From NCBI GenBank assembly GCA_948665105.1, contig CAPNGW010000002.1, positions 1-37,723 of the forward strand: DNA of 37,723 nucleotides, in the 5' to 3' direction. A program made the translations under genes and the position numbers. Source of the DNA: an uncultured Lachnospiraceae bacterium. GTDB lineage: Bacteria > Bacillota > Clostridia > Lachnospirales > Lachnospiraceae. Shown piece after piece: positions 9,821 through 18,533 of this stretch. The notes beneath the pieces were generated by a model. That model saw nothing but the letters and a program-made list of their open reading frames with translations. It had not been told where the DNA came from and made no database searches. Each line of letters begins with the position of its first letter. The stretch's first letter is position 1.

Positions 9821-10965
9821 AGAGGGTTGGTATTGTCTCCTTTCATGTAGCGATTAATTACGGTGTCTATTTGCAAGCCTATGCCCTGCAGAGAAAGATA
9901 GAGGAACTGGGATATGAGCCTGAGATTCTGGATTACCGGAAACGGACAGATGAGACAGACGGCAGAATCAAAAGGGCCTTTCGAAGGATTGTGAAGGAGC
10001 ATATGTCCGTAAAAGAGATTGTAAAGGATGTAAGAGCCGTGCTTAGAGGGCGCAAAACCGCAAAGCTTCAGGAAATCAGCCACAGGAAAAAGGCATTTTT
10101 GGATTTTGCAGACAAGCATTTTAAGCTGTCACGGTTTTATGAAAATTATCAAAGCATATGCCAGGACCATGCAGAGTATGACGCCTGTGTATGCGGCAGT
10201 GATCAGATATGGAATCCTCTCTATACAAAGTGCAATCCCGTATATTTCTTAGAGTTTGTTCCTCCCGGGAGACGGATTGCCTATGCACCCAGTATTGCGG
10301 TTCAGAAAATCCCGGATGAATATACGAAAGCCCTGGAGTCTAAGATTGGGCAGTTTGCCGCTGTTTCCCTGCGGGAGCGGTCCGCCTCTGAGCTTTGGGC
10401 GGGGAAGCTAAAGCGCAGCGTTTATAATGTGGTAGACCCTACCTTACTGTATTCCGGGCGTGAGTGGAAGGAAATGGCAGTCATGCCAAAGGAAGAGCAT
10501 TATGTGCTGTGCTATTTTTTGGGCCATGATGAGGCATATTGGAAGCTGATAAGAAGGATTGAAGAGAAATACCACTTAAAAGCCGTGATTCTTCCCTTTG
10601 CCTATGAGGCTATTATGAAATATCCCGGGATAAAAGCGTATGCGTCCATAGAAGAATTTCTGGGGTACATATGTAATGCAGACTTTGTATTGACGGATTC
10701 CTTTCACGGAACGGCTTTTTCCGTTAATTTTAATCGGAACTTTTATGTTATGAAAAGGGCAGACAAGGGCGGGCAGATGCATTCCAGAATCCATGATTTT
10801 CTATCGAATATCGGCTTGGAGAGCAGAGAGCTTCAGGTGGAAGATGCCGGGAGCATAGCTTTAGAAACAATAGATTATGGTCCTGTAAATGTGAAATTAG
10901 ACAAGTGGATACAGGATTCTGTGAATTATTTGGATAACTCCTTGAAAAAGGTTGTGAAAGCGTAG
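9817..10965 (+). CDS. Polysaccharide pyruvyl transferase family protein
   Basis: N-terminus VGIVSFHVAINYGVYLQAYALQRKIEELGYEPEILDY and C-terminal LTDSFHGTAFSVNFNRNFY. Both are characteristic of the PS pyruvyl transferase family (CsaB/WcaK type). Confidence 0.8.
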   Translation: MKRVGIVSFHVAINYGVYLQAYALQRKIEELGYEPEILDYRKRTDETDGRIKRAFRRIVKEHMSVKEIVKDVRAVLRGRKTAKLQEISHRKKAFLDFADKHFKLSRFYENYQSICQDHAEYDACVCGSDQIWNPLYTKCNPVYFLEFVPPGRRIAYAPSIAVQKIPDEYTKALESKIGQFAAVSLRERSASELWAGKLKRSVYNVVDPTLLYSGREWKEMAVMPKEEHYVLCYFLGHDEAYWKLIRRIEEKYHLKAVILPFAYEAIMKYPGIKAYASIEEFLGYICNADFVLTDSFHGTAFSVNFNRNFYVMKRADKGGQMHSRIHDFLSNIGLESRELQVEDAGSIALETIDYGPVNVKLDKWIQDSVNYLDNSLKKVVKA

Positions 10966-10983
10966 CTTGGGACGAATGGATTA

Positions 10984-12234
10984 ATGATAAAAAATGTGTT
11001 TAAGAATGCCTATATAATTAATATGATGAATAAGGTTATGTCCCTGCTTCTGGGATTTATGGCCAGTGTTTTTGTTGCCAGATACATGGGGGCGTCCCTG
11101 AAAGGGGATTATGCATACATTGTAAGTGTGGCGGGCATTTTGAATATTGTTTTAAACTTAGGGATATATCATACGTATCCCAATCAGGTGAAAAAGGGCT
11201 TACAGAATGCAAAACAGAAATTCATAGATATCTATGTGTTACAATTTCTTCTTTATGAGGGATTGGCAGTACTGATTGGGCTGCTGGTTTCAGAGCCCCT
11301 TATTTTGCTTATCGGCATTCTTGCGCCGGTCATGACCCTGGCATCACAGATTACAATGATAGGAATGGTTGACTTTCCCATATACAGAAGCATCTCCTTA
11401 ATCGGGGTGGCCGCTTTTAATCTGGCTGCCTATATGGGTCTGTTTTTTTTCTTTCCCAAAAGTATATGGCTGTCTGTCCTGGTCCTGATTCTCAAGGATA
11501 TGCTGTTTGTCTGCCTCATTTTAGGTAAATTGAAAATCATGCCCCACCCCTTCCGTGCGGAGAAGGGGCTGATGAAAGAGGCCATAAGATTCGGTATGTT
11601 TCCCATGCTTACCGCTTTACTGTTAAACCTGAATTATAAAATGGACATTATCATGATTCGCACCTTTGGCACATCTGCCTGGGTTGGAATATATTCTGTG
11701 GCAGTCACAATCGCAGATTATTTGTGGCTGATTCCGGACGCCTTCAAGGAAGTACTGTTTTCAAAATCCATCCAGAAGAAGGCCACGGACGCTTTTAATG
11801 CTTCTATAAAAATATCTGTTATGCTTACCACCATGGCCAGCGGCGTTTTGCTGGTGTTTGGGTATTGGTTCATTCCGGTGTTTTATGGAAAAGGGTTCGA
11901 AGACGTTTATTCTATTATGATTATCCTGTTGATTGGAATTCCGTTTATGTCGATTTTTAAAATTTTAAACCCCCTGTATATTACTCAGGGAGATACGAAG
12001 TCATATTTTATTAATCTTCTATGTGGAATCATCTGCAATATGATTTTAAATATTATTTTGATTCCCAGAATGGGGATGACAGGAGCGGCAATCGCCACCG
12101 TTACGTCTCAGGTTGTATGTGGAATTTATGCCATTACAAGATATATAAAGAAAAATAAGGTACCAATGAAAGATATTTTTACCATTACTTCCAGGGAAAA
12201 AGAAATGATAAAGGGGTTTATACGAAAATCATGA
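10984..12234 (+). CDS. wzx: Wzx-type polysaccharide flippase (MOP superfamily)
   Basis: 416 aa with about 12 predicted hydrophobic helices, a typical Wzx size, and a position next to the polymerase. There is no diagnostic motif beyond topology. Confidence 0.75.
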   Translation: MIKNVFKNAYIINMMNKVMSLLLGFMASVFVARYMGASLKGDYAYIVSVAGILNIVLNLGIYHTYPNQVKKGLQNAKQKFIDIYVLQFLLYEGLAVLIGLLVSEPLILLIGILAPVMTLASQITMIGMVDFPIYRSISLIGVAAFNLAAYMGLFFFFPKSIWLSVLVLILKDMLFVCLILGKLKIMPHPFRAEKGLMKEAIRFGMFPMLTALLLNLNYKMDIIMIRTFGTSAWVGIYSVAVTIADYLWLIPDAFKEVLFSKSIQKKATDAFNASIKISVMLTTMASGVLLVFGYWFIPVFYGKGFEDVYSIMIILLIGIPFMSIFKILNPLYITQGDTKSYFINLLCGIICNMILNIILIPRMGMTGAAIATVTSQVVCGIYAITRYIKKNKVPMKDIFTITSREKEMIKGFIRKS

Positions 12235-13550
12235 CAGAAATGCGAGTGAGATGGAATGAGAATAGCAGGATAATGCTGGCCTTGAGTGGCGCCATTGTCC
12301 TGGCCGGGCTTTCGGAGCGGTTCCATACTGGATATTTTGAGTATATCAGTATCCTGATAGTTGTAGTATTACTGCTAAATAAAAGTCAGAAATATTTTAT
12401 TTATGCCATTGTTTTTCTCATGGCCGGCGGGGATTTGATGACGCTGTCCGGTGCTGGGATTCCTACCATACTGGCGGTTGTCTCTGTGCTGAAGGAAATT
12501 TTCTGGTATCGGAGGCCTGCAAACAGGAGATTCTTGATTAGCTGTCTGGCCGTTCTTTTGTATAGTGTGATATTTCTCCTCCAAGGGGACTTGTATGCCT
12601 TTGCGATGCTTGCAAAGGTGGTTGTCTTATTATATTGTATGATTGCAGGCATCTGTGATGCAGAGGACTTGACGGCTCATGTCAAATTGATGGTGGGCTA
12701 TTTGGTGGTGGGAACCAGTGTTACAGCGGTAAGCGCATTGGTGATTCACCCATATTTTTTGAGTGGTATGAGATGGGCGATTTCAGAGAACACAGGAGTC
12801 AACTTAACAGCGGTTGTTCTGGGCCTGGTGTTTACTGTCTGCTTGATTTGGTTTGTGAAGGAAAAGAATGCAGTGACACTGTATGCAGGAGCCATTGTGG
12901 CAGTGCTTGGCGTACTCCTGACAGGCAGCCGGGCGGGAATATTACTGGTCGGAGTTGCCGTTGCCTGGACGATGCTGTATGTGCTGGCCTTCGGAAGCGT
13001 AAAGCTCAAGAAATATTTTCTGACCATAGCGGTAGCCGCGCTCGTCGGTCTGGTGCTGTTTATCATTTTAAATCCTGGTGTAAGAGAAACGTTGCTGTAT
13101 ATGGTGAAGAAGATAGTGTCACCCAAGGAAGGGGATATTTCCAACGGGAGATTTATATTGTGGGAGAATTATATCAATACATGGACTAAGGATACCTTCT
13201 GGATATTCTGGGGGGCGGGAACATACACAAATATGGGATTCGAAAGCATGGCCCACAATATGATTATAGAGCAGCTCACCCAGCTGGGGATTATCGGTAA
13301 TATCCTCGTCATAAATTTATACGTTAGCGTCTATGCAGCAATAAAAAAGAATTGGAATAAAAAGATGCAGCGAATGTCATATTCCTTTACACCGGCGATA
13401 TTGCTGATTAATATTTTTGTGGCGGGAATGACGGGGCATAGCTTTTTAAGTATCATTAACACAACCGTTTTCTGGTTAGGAGTGCTTCTGATGTTTGCTT
13501 TTCCTTATTGGGAACCCGGGGAAAGGCGAATCAGGCGCTACGCCTGGTAG
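12231..13550 (+). CDS. wzy: Wzy-type repeat-unit polymerase / O-antigen ligase-like membrane protein
   Basis: 439 aa and polytopic. It has an LLTGSRAGILLVG segment and a large loop, typical of the O-antigen ligase/Wzy_C family. ATGA overlap with wzx. Confidence 0.7.
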   Translation: MTEMRVRWNENSRIMLALSGAIVLAGLSERFHTGYFEYISILIVVVLLLNKSQKYFIYAIVFLMAGGDLMTLSGAGIPTILAVVSVLKEIFWYRRPANRRFLISCLAVLLYSVIFLLQGDLYAFAMLAKVVVLLYCMIAGICDAEDLTAHVKLMVGYLVVGTSVTAVSALVIHPYFLSGMRWAISENTGVNLTAVVLGLVFTVCLIWFVKEKNAVTLYAGAIVAVLGVLLTGSRAGILLVGVAVAWTMLYVLAFGSVKLKKYFLTIAVAALVGLVLFIILNPGVRETLLYMVKKIVSPKEGDISNGRFILWENYINTWTKDTFWIFWGAGTYTNMGFESMAHNMIIEQLTQLGIIGNILVINLYVSVYAAIKKNWNKKMQRMSYSFTPAILLINIFVAGMTGHSFLSIINTTVFWLGVLLMFAFPYWEPGERRIRRYAW

Positions 13551-13569
13551 AGCATCGTTAGGAGGAAAA

Positions 13570-14763
13570 ATGAGTGTAGAGATTGTTGGAGAAAGATGTG
13601 TAGGGTGTGAGACATGCTCACACGTATGTAATCAAAATGCCATTAAAATGATGCCGGACAGCCGGGGATTTCTCTATCCGGTCATTGACAGGGAAGCGTG
13701 TAATCAGTGCAATGCATGCAGCAACCACTGCCCGGTATTGAATGAGAATACGGGGGGGGGGTGTAAGCCATATGAAGAAAAGGTGTATGCCGCCTGGAGC
13801 AAGGACAGGGATTTATTACAAAGAAGCTCATCCGGAGGAATGTTTTTTGAGATTGCCGCATCCATATTGGGGGACGGCGGTCTTGTGTGCGGTGCAGTAT
13901 ACAGGGAGGATTATTATGGGGTCAGGCATATTGTAGCGGACATCCTGGATGATGTAAGAAGGATGCAGGGCTCAAAATACTCCCAGAGTGCCATGGAAGA
14001 CTGCTTCCCAAAGCTTCGGGAAGCTCTTGAAGCAGGAAGAAGGGTTCTCTTTAGCGGAACACCTTGCCAGGTGGCGGCGTGTTACCGGTTTTTAAGGAAA
14101 AAATATGATAATTTTTATACGGTATCACTAATTTGCCATGGCCCCATTGCACCTAAGATCTTGGAAGAATATATAAAATCCCTGGAGAAAAAGCATCAGG
14201 CATCCATATGCAATTTTACCATGCGGTATAAAAAGGATGGGAAAACGCTGCCCCTCTATTACCGGGCGGAATTCTCTGACGGAACAACGGAAATAAATCC
14301 CTTTTACAGCTCCCTGTACGGAGAAATATTTGCCAGCAATCTGGTTATGCGTCAATCCTGCTATGAATGTCAGTTTAAGCAGCAGCCGTATGTGGGAGAT
14401 ATTATCATAGGCGATTTTAAAGGAATCGAGTACACGAAGCTGCCCCACAACAGGAAGGGCACCTCTGCGGTGATTATTAACAGTGACAAAGGAAGGAAGC
14501 TGTGGGAGTCACTGTCTGACAGAATCGAGTCCTGGGAAAGTGATATAGAGGTAGTGAAAAAATATAATCAGCGGATAAGGTCGTCTGTTCCAATGCCGGA
14601 CCAGGGGAAGGTAAAGCTATTCTGGGAGAAGCTTTTAGATGAGGGAATAAACGGAGTGTATCCCCTGGTGCACAGGGAATATACCCCGTACCAGAAAATG
14701 AAAAACTCCCTGAAAGCCTTTCTGGTACATAACCTGGGGGTGGCAAGGAGAAGGAGGAAGTAG
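13570..14763 (+). CDS. FrhB-like (coenzyme F420 hydrogenase/dehydrogenase beta-subunit family) 2x[4Fe-4S] protein
   Basis: ATG 13570 follows the AGGAGG RBS; the tracked 13495 start overlaps wzy. Two ferredoxin Cys clusters are present, CVGCETCSHVC and CNQCNACSNHCP, followed by an FrhB-like body. This family often accompanies pyruvyl transferases in cps loci. Confidence 0.75.
   Translation: MSVEIVGERCVGCETCSHVCNQNAIKMMPDSRGFLYPVIDREACNQCNACSNHCPVLNENTGGGCKPYEEKVYAAWSKDRDLLQRSSSGGMFFEIAASILGDGGLVCGAVYREDYYGVRHIVADILDDVRRMQGSKYSQSAMEDCFPKLREALEAGRRVLFSGTPCQVAACYRFLRKKYDNFYTVSLICHGPIAPKILEEYIKSLEKKHQASICNFTMRYKKDGKTLPLYYRAEFSDGTTEINPFYSSLYGEIFASNLVMRQSCYECQFKQQPYVGDIIIGDFKGIEYTKLPHNRKGTSAVIINSDKGRKLWESLSDRIESWESDIEVVKKYNQRIRSSVPMPDQGKVKLFWEKLLDEGINGVYPLVHREYTPYQKMKNSLKAFLVHNLGVARRRRK
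13752..13761 (+). repeat. Poly-G tract (G10), in frame within the FrhB-like CDS
   Basis: Directly counted: acg ggg ggg ggg tgt encodes T-G-G-G-C. Confidence 0.95.
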
Positions 14764-14764
14764 A

Positions 14765-16194
14765 ATGCTATTTAACTCATGGCAGTTTTTGCTTTTTATG
14801 ATAATTATTTTTGGCGGTTACTGGGCAATACGCCCCCGATACCGATACTTGTTCCTGCTGGCAGGAAGCTTAATATTTTATGCCAGCTGGGGGCCGGAGT
14901 ATCTCATCTATCTGGCGCTGACGGTGGCGCTGACCTATTGCTCTGGCTTACTGCTTGAAATTTTTGAGGGGGGGGGCAAACATTAGTTCTTATAACAACT
15001 GTTCTTCTGGCAGTTGGCGCACTGATGTTTTTTAAATACACAGGATTTTTGGCGGATATTTTATACAGAACATTTTCTGTGGAAGACCCTCAGACTGTCA
15101 GCATTGTGGCACCCATTGGATTTTCTTTTTATTTGTTTCAGGCTTTAGGCTATGTCATTGATGTTTACCGAAAGAAATATAAGCCGGAGAAGAACCTGGC
15201 CCGGTATGCCCTGTTTGTTTCCTTCTTTCCCCAGGTGATTTCAGGGCCCATTGGCCGGGGAAGGGATTTATTACCGCAATTTCATGGGAATGTAAGCTTT
15301 CAATACGAAGGGGCCATGTATGGAGTAAAGCAGTTTTGCGTGGGCCTGTTTAAAAAGATGGTAGTTTCCAATACCCTTGGAATGATGGTGGATTCCGTTT
15401 ATGGGAACGTCCATGGGTACAAGGGCTTTGTGCTGGCAACAGCAAGCATATTATATATGATACAAATTTACTGTGATTTTTCAGGATATTCCGATATGGC
15501 CATTGGCTGCGCCAGATTACTTGGAATAGAGCTTAAGGAGAACTTTAAGCTGCCGTATTTTTCAAAATCAATTCGTGAGTTCTGGAGACGCTGGCATATT
15601 TCCCTGTCCTCCTGGTTCAGAGACTATTTATACATCCCCCTGGGTGGAAACAGAAAGGGACAGGCACGAAAGAGGATAAATATCTTTTTGACATTTTTAG
15701 TCAGCGGATTATGGCACGGAGCCAATTACACCTATGTGGTGTGGGGAGGCCTTCACGGAATGCTGCAGGTCCTGGAGGACATTTTCATCGGAGGGAAGAT
15801 TAGAACAGGAAAAGGCTGCTGGCCTGTAAACCTCTTAAAGCACGCTTGCGTGCTATGCTTACTTCTTGTTACCTGGATTTTCTTCCGGGCGGAAAGTGTA
15901 AGCGATGCATTCTATGTATTGACCAATATGCTGTCCGGAATTGGAAAGGCAGGGTATTTGAAAGCAGGAATCAGTGGCCTGGGGTTGGACAAGGTTACCC
16001 TTGCCACCACTGTGGTCTCCATACTGGTCCTTGCAATCATAGACAGTATTTCTTATATATGTGGAGATGTCATTGAGAAAGTAAGTAATATGAAGCTGGT
16101 ACTGCGCTGGAGCATTTACATCATTTTTGTGATGATTATCATAGTGTTTACACCAGCCGTAGTGTCAACGGAATTTATATATTTCCAATTTTAG
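14765..16194 (+). pseudogene. MBOAT #1 (AlgI/DltB-like membrane-bound O-acyltransferase), frameshifted at a G9 tract (phase-OFF allele or homopolymer error)
   Basis: ORFs 14765-14986 and 15025-16194 are the N- and C-terminal parts of one MBOAT. The first part starts MLFNSWQFLLF; the second carries YCDFSGYSDMAIG, FWRRWHISLSSWFRDYLYIPLGG and GLWHGA. The downstream frame is already open from 14977 (QTLVLITTVLLAVGALMFFKYTGF). One extra G joins the two frames. Confidence 0.85.
14968..14976 (+). repeat. Poly-G tract (G9) at the MBOAT #1 frameshift site
   Basis: Directly counted. As sequenced it reads gag ggg ggg ggc aaa cat tag, which terminates. Confidence 0.95.
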
Positions 16195-16209
16195 TTCAGG
16201 GGGTGTGAT

Positions 16210-17142
16210 ATGAAGAAATTTGTGCTTAAGCTTGGACTTTTTGTTGTTTTGGTAGTTGGAATTTATCTGTCAGGTGTGGCGGCAGGCCAGCTCCTTCCGC
16301 CCCAGTACACCAATTCATTTAATGCTTCCCTGCTGGATAAGATGGAACGGGCAGAGGATATAGAGGAGCCTAAGCTGCTGGTGATTGGCGGAAGCAATAT
16401 CGTATTTGGCATAAACTCCCGGCTATTGGAGGAAGAATTCCAGATGCCGGTGGTGAATATGGGGGTAAATGCCGGTATGATGAGTGAATTTCAGCTGAAT
16501 GTGGCAAAGAAATATATCCGTGAAGGCGATATTGTTATTTTAGGCTTTGAGTATGGAGCATATACCTCGGAACAGATGAACCCCACAACCGCATGGTATA
16601 CCATAGAGAACTACCCGGAGCTTTGGAGGTGTGTGCCCAATATGGAGAAGCCGGCGTTATTACGTTTTTATCCGTACTATTTTGGAGAAAAACTGATTGC
16701 CTTTTTAAAGGGGGGAGACCAGATTCCCGACCAGCCGGAATATGTACGTACCAATTTTGACGAATACGGGGATTTTTCCTTTTACAGAAAAGAAAATGTC
16801 AGGAAAGATATTGCCCGGAATACGGTGATACAGGAGGCAGAGATAGAGGATAATGTAATTGAAAAAATAAATGAATTTTGTGAGGAAGCAGGAAAGAAGG
16901 GGGTAACTGTATACCTGACCTTTCCGGCGCTGGATGAGGAATGTGTGGCTTCAAGCCCACAGGATATAGAAGAATTTGAAAAGAAAATCAGAGAAAGTGT
17001 GGACTGCCCGGTTATTTCAAGGTGCCATACGTATATCATGGAGAGTAAATTTTTTTATGATACCAATTATCATCTAAATACAGAGGGAGCCAAAATCAGA
17101 ACAAAGCTTTTGATTTCGGATATGAGAGATAAAATATTTTGA
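16210..17142 (+). CDS. Membrane-anchored protein, candidate DltD/SGNH-like extracytoplasmic acyltransferase partner
   Basis: N-terminal signal-anchor (KLGLFVVLVVGIYLSGVAAG), an early GGSN block (LLVIGGSNIVFG) and a late Asp/His block (FFYDTNYHLNTEG). It lies immediately downstream of MBOAT #1. The motifs match DltD/SGNH only loosely. Confidence 0.45.
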   Translation: MKKFVLKLGLFVVLVVGIYLSGVAAGQLLPPQYTNSFNASLLDKMERAEDIEEPKLLVIGGSNIVFGINSRLLEEEFQMPVVNMGVNAGMMSEFQLNVAKKYIREGDIVILGFEYGAYTSEQMNPTTAWYTIENYPELWRCVPNMEKPALLRFYPYYFGEKLIAFLKGGDQIPDQPEYVRTNFDEYGDFSFYRKENVRKDIARNTVIQEAEIEDNVIEKINEFCEEAGKKGVTVYLTFPALDEECVASSPQDIEEFEKKIRESVDCPVISRCHTYIMESKFFYDTNYHLNTEGAKIRTKLLISDMRDKIF

Positions 17143-17168
17143 TAAAATAAAGGGAAGAATGACTTAAA

Positions 17169-18467
17169 ATGGGAAGAATAAAGCTTCTGGCAAAGGTAAT
17201 TGTTTTTGTTGCTATACTAATTTTTATCTGGAATTTGTTATGCTATACGCTTGTGGATGACACAAAGGCATTTTCCAGATTGACCTTACATGATTTTTCG
17301 GAGAATGAGGGGAAGATAGAGGTACTGTTCGTTGGACCAAGTACCAGTATGATGGGCATCGATACAGAGATTGCAGATGAGTGCTTTGGTGAAAATACCT
17401 TCAACGTGTCCACGACCTCCCAGACTCTGGACGGAACGTATTACCTGTGTAAGGAGGCCATTGAGAAAAATCCCAATTTGAAGCAAATCTATTTGAACGT
17501 ATCGCCGGGAATATTGCTAAGAAATGTTGGTGAGGTAATGCCCACTGCCATTATTACCGATTACTTAAGCAGCAATATGCGAAGGCTGGAATACGTGTGG
17601 GGAAGCGTAGAGCCTGAATATCGTGGAAACGTGCTTTTCCCCCTTATCCGCGACAGAGAGGACATATTTACCAGGAATCCTGTGGAAATTATAAAAGGAA
17701 AAGACAAGGCATACAGGAATTATGAGCCCTTCAGCCATAGGGGACTTGAATACAAGGAAAAGGGCTTTGTGACAGGAGTGAGGACGCCGGAGAATCAGGG
17801 CGGGCACGTTTACCGGACAGAAGGGATTGAAGAATTCCGGGAGGAGAATATCAATGAGGAAGAGGTCCGGTATTTAGAGAAAACCGTTGCGCTGTGCAGG
17901 GAGGAAGAGATTGAGCTAATCTTTTTTACAGCGCCGTATTCTGACTTCTATCTCCAGGGAATAAAAAACTATGATTCTGCCTCAAGGTGGATAAAAGCCT
18001 TTGCGGCAGAGCAGCATGTGGAATACTATGATTTTAATCTGGTAAGAAGGGACATACTGAATCTTCTGCCGGAGGATTTTCTGAATATGGACCACTTAAT
18101 GGAATCAGGGGCAGAGAAGTTTACAAGGGTGCTGGGAGGGGAATACCGCAGTACAAGCTATGAGGGTATTTTTTACGACAGCTACCAGGAGAAGATGAAG
18201 GAGGATAAGCAATGCATATATGGAATTGCCTGCCGGCTTTTGGAAGCCAGGAGGCTGGAATTTGAAGTATTGCTCAGCGATGATTACAAGGGGGACGGAT
18301 GGCAGTATTCCGTGGAGGTTCTGGGAACGGAGGGTGAACCCTTAGAGACAGTGATGGAAGGAAATGTAATCTGTCTTTCCCAGGGCTCTTTCAAAGGGAA
18401 ACGCATAAGTATTACAATTATGGATGGGCAGGGAGTCGTATTTCAAGGCAGGGAATTGGTCCCTTAA
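17169..18467 (+). CDS. Membrane-anchored protein, second candidate DltD/SGNH-like partner
   Basis: N-terminal TM anchor (LLAKVIVFVAILIFIWNLLCY), an early Ser block (VLFVGPSTSMMGID) and a late Asp-His block (FLNMDHLMESGAEKF). It has an extra C-terminal domain of about 100 aa. The function is inferred from context. Confidence 0.4.
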   Translation: MGRIKLLAKVIVFVAILIFIWNLLCYTLVDDTKAFSRLTLHDFSENEGKIEVLFVGPSTSMMGIDTEIADECFGENTFNVSTTSQTLDGTYYLCKEAIEKNPNLKQIYLNVSPGILLRNVGEVMPTAIITDYLSSNMRRLEYVWGSVEPEYRGNVLFPLIRDREDIFTRNPVEIIKGKDKAYRNYEPFSHRGLEYKEKGFVTGVRTPENQGGHVYRTEGIEEFREENINEEEVRYLEKTVALCREEEIELIFFTAPYSDFYLQGIKNYDSASRWIKAFAAEQHVEYYDFNLVRRDILNLLPEDFLNMDHLMESGAEKFTRVLGGEYRSTSYEGIFYDSYQEKMKEDKQCIYGIACRLLEARRLEFEVLLSDDYKGDGWQYSVEVLGTEGEPLETVMEGNVICLSQGSFKGKRISITIMDGQGVVFQGRELVP

Positions 18468-18533
18468 CCCTTCTGTGAGAAATATTGCATGGGCGAATGC
18501 TTGCCCCAAAGCGAATAGAAAAGAGGAAAAAAT

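Noticed and set aside
14987-15024. Apparent 38-nt intergenic gap between a 73-aa ORF and a 389-aa ORF, read as two separate genes.
   Set aside because: The downstream reading frame is already open from 14977 and encodes a continuous MBOAT TM segment. The two ORFs are halves of one MBOAT broken at the G9 tract. The same logic applies to 30194-30240.
18491-18506. Small hairpin GGGC-N8-GCCC between the second DltD/SGNH-like candidate gene and fnlA, considered as an internal terminator.
   Set aside because: The stem is only 4 bp and has no following T-run, so it is unlikely to terminate transcription.
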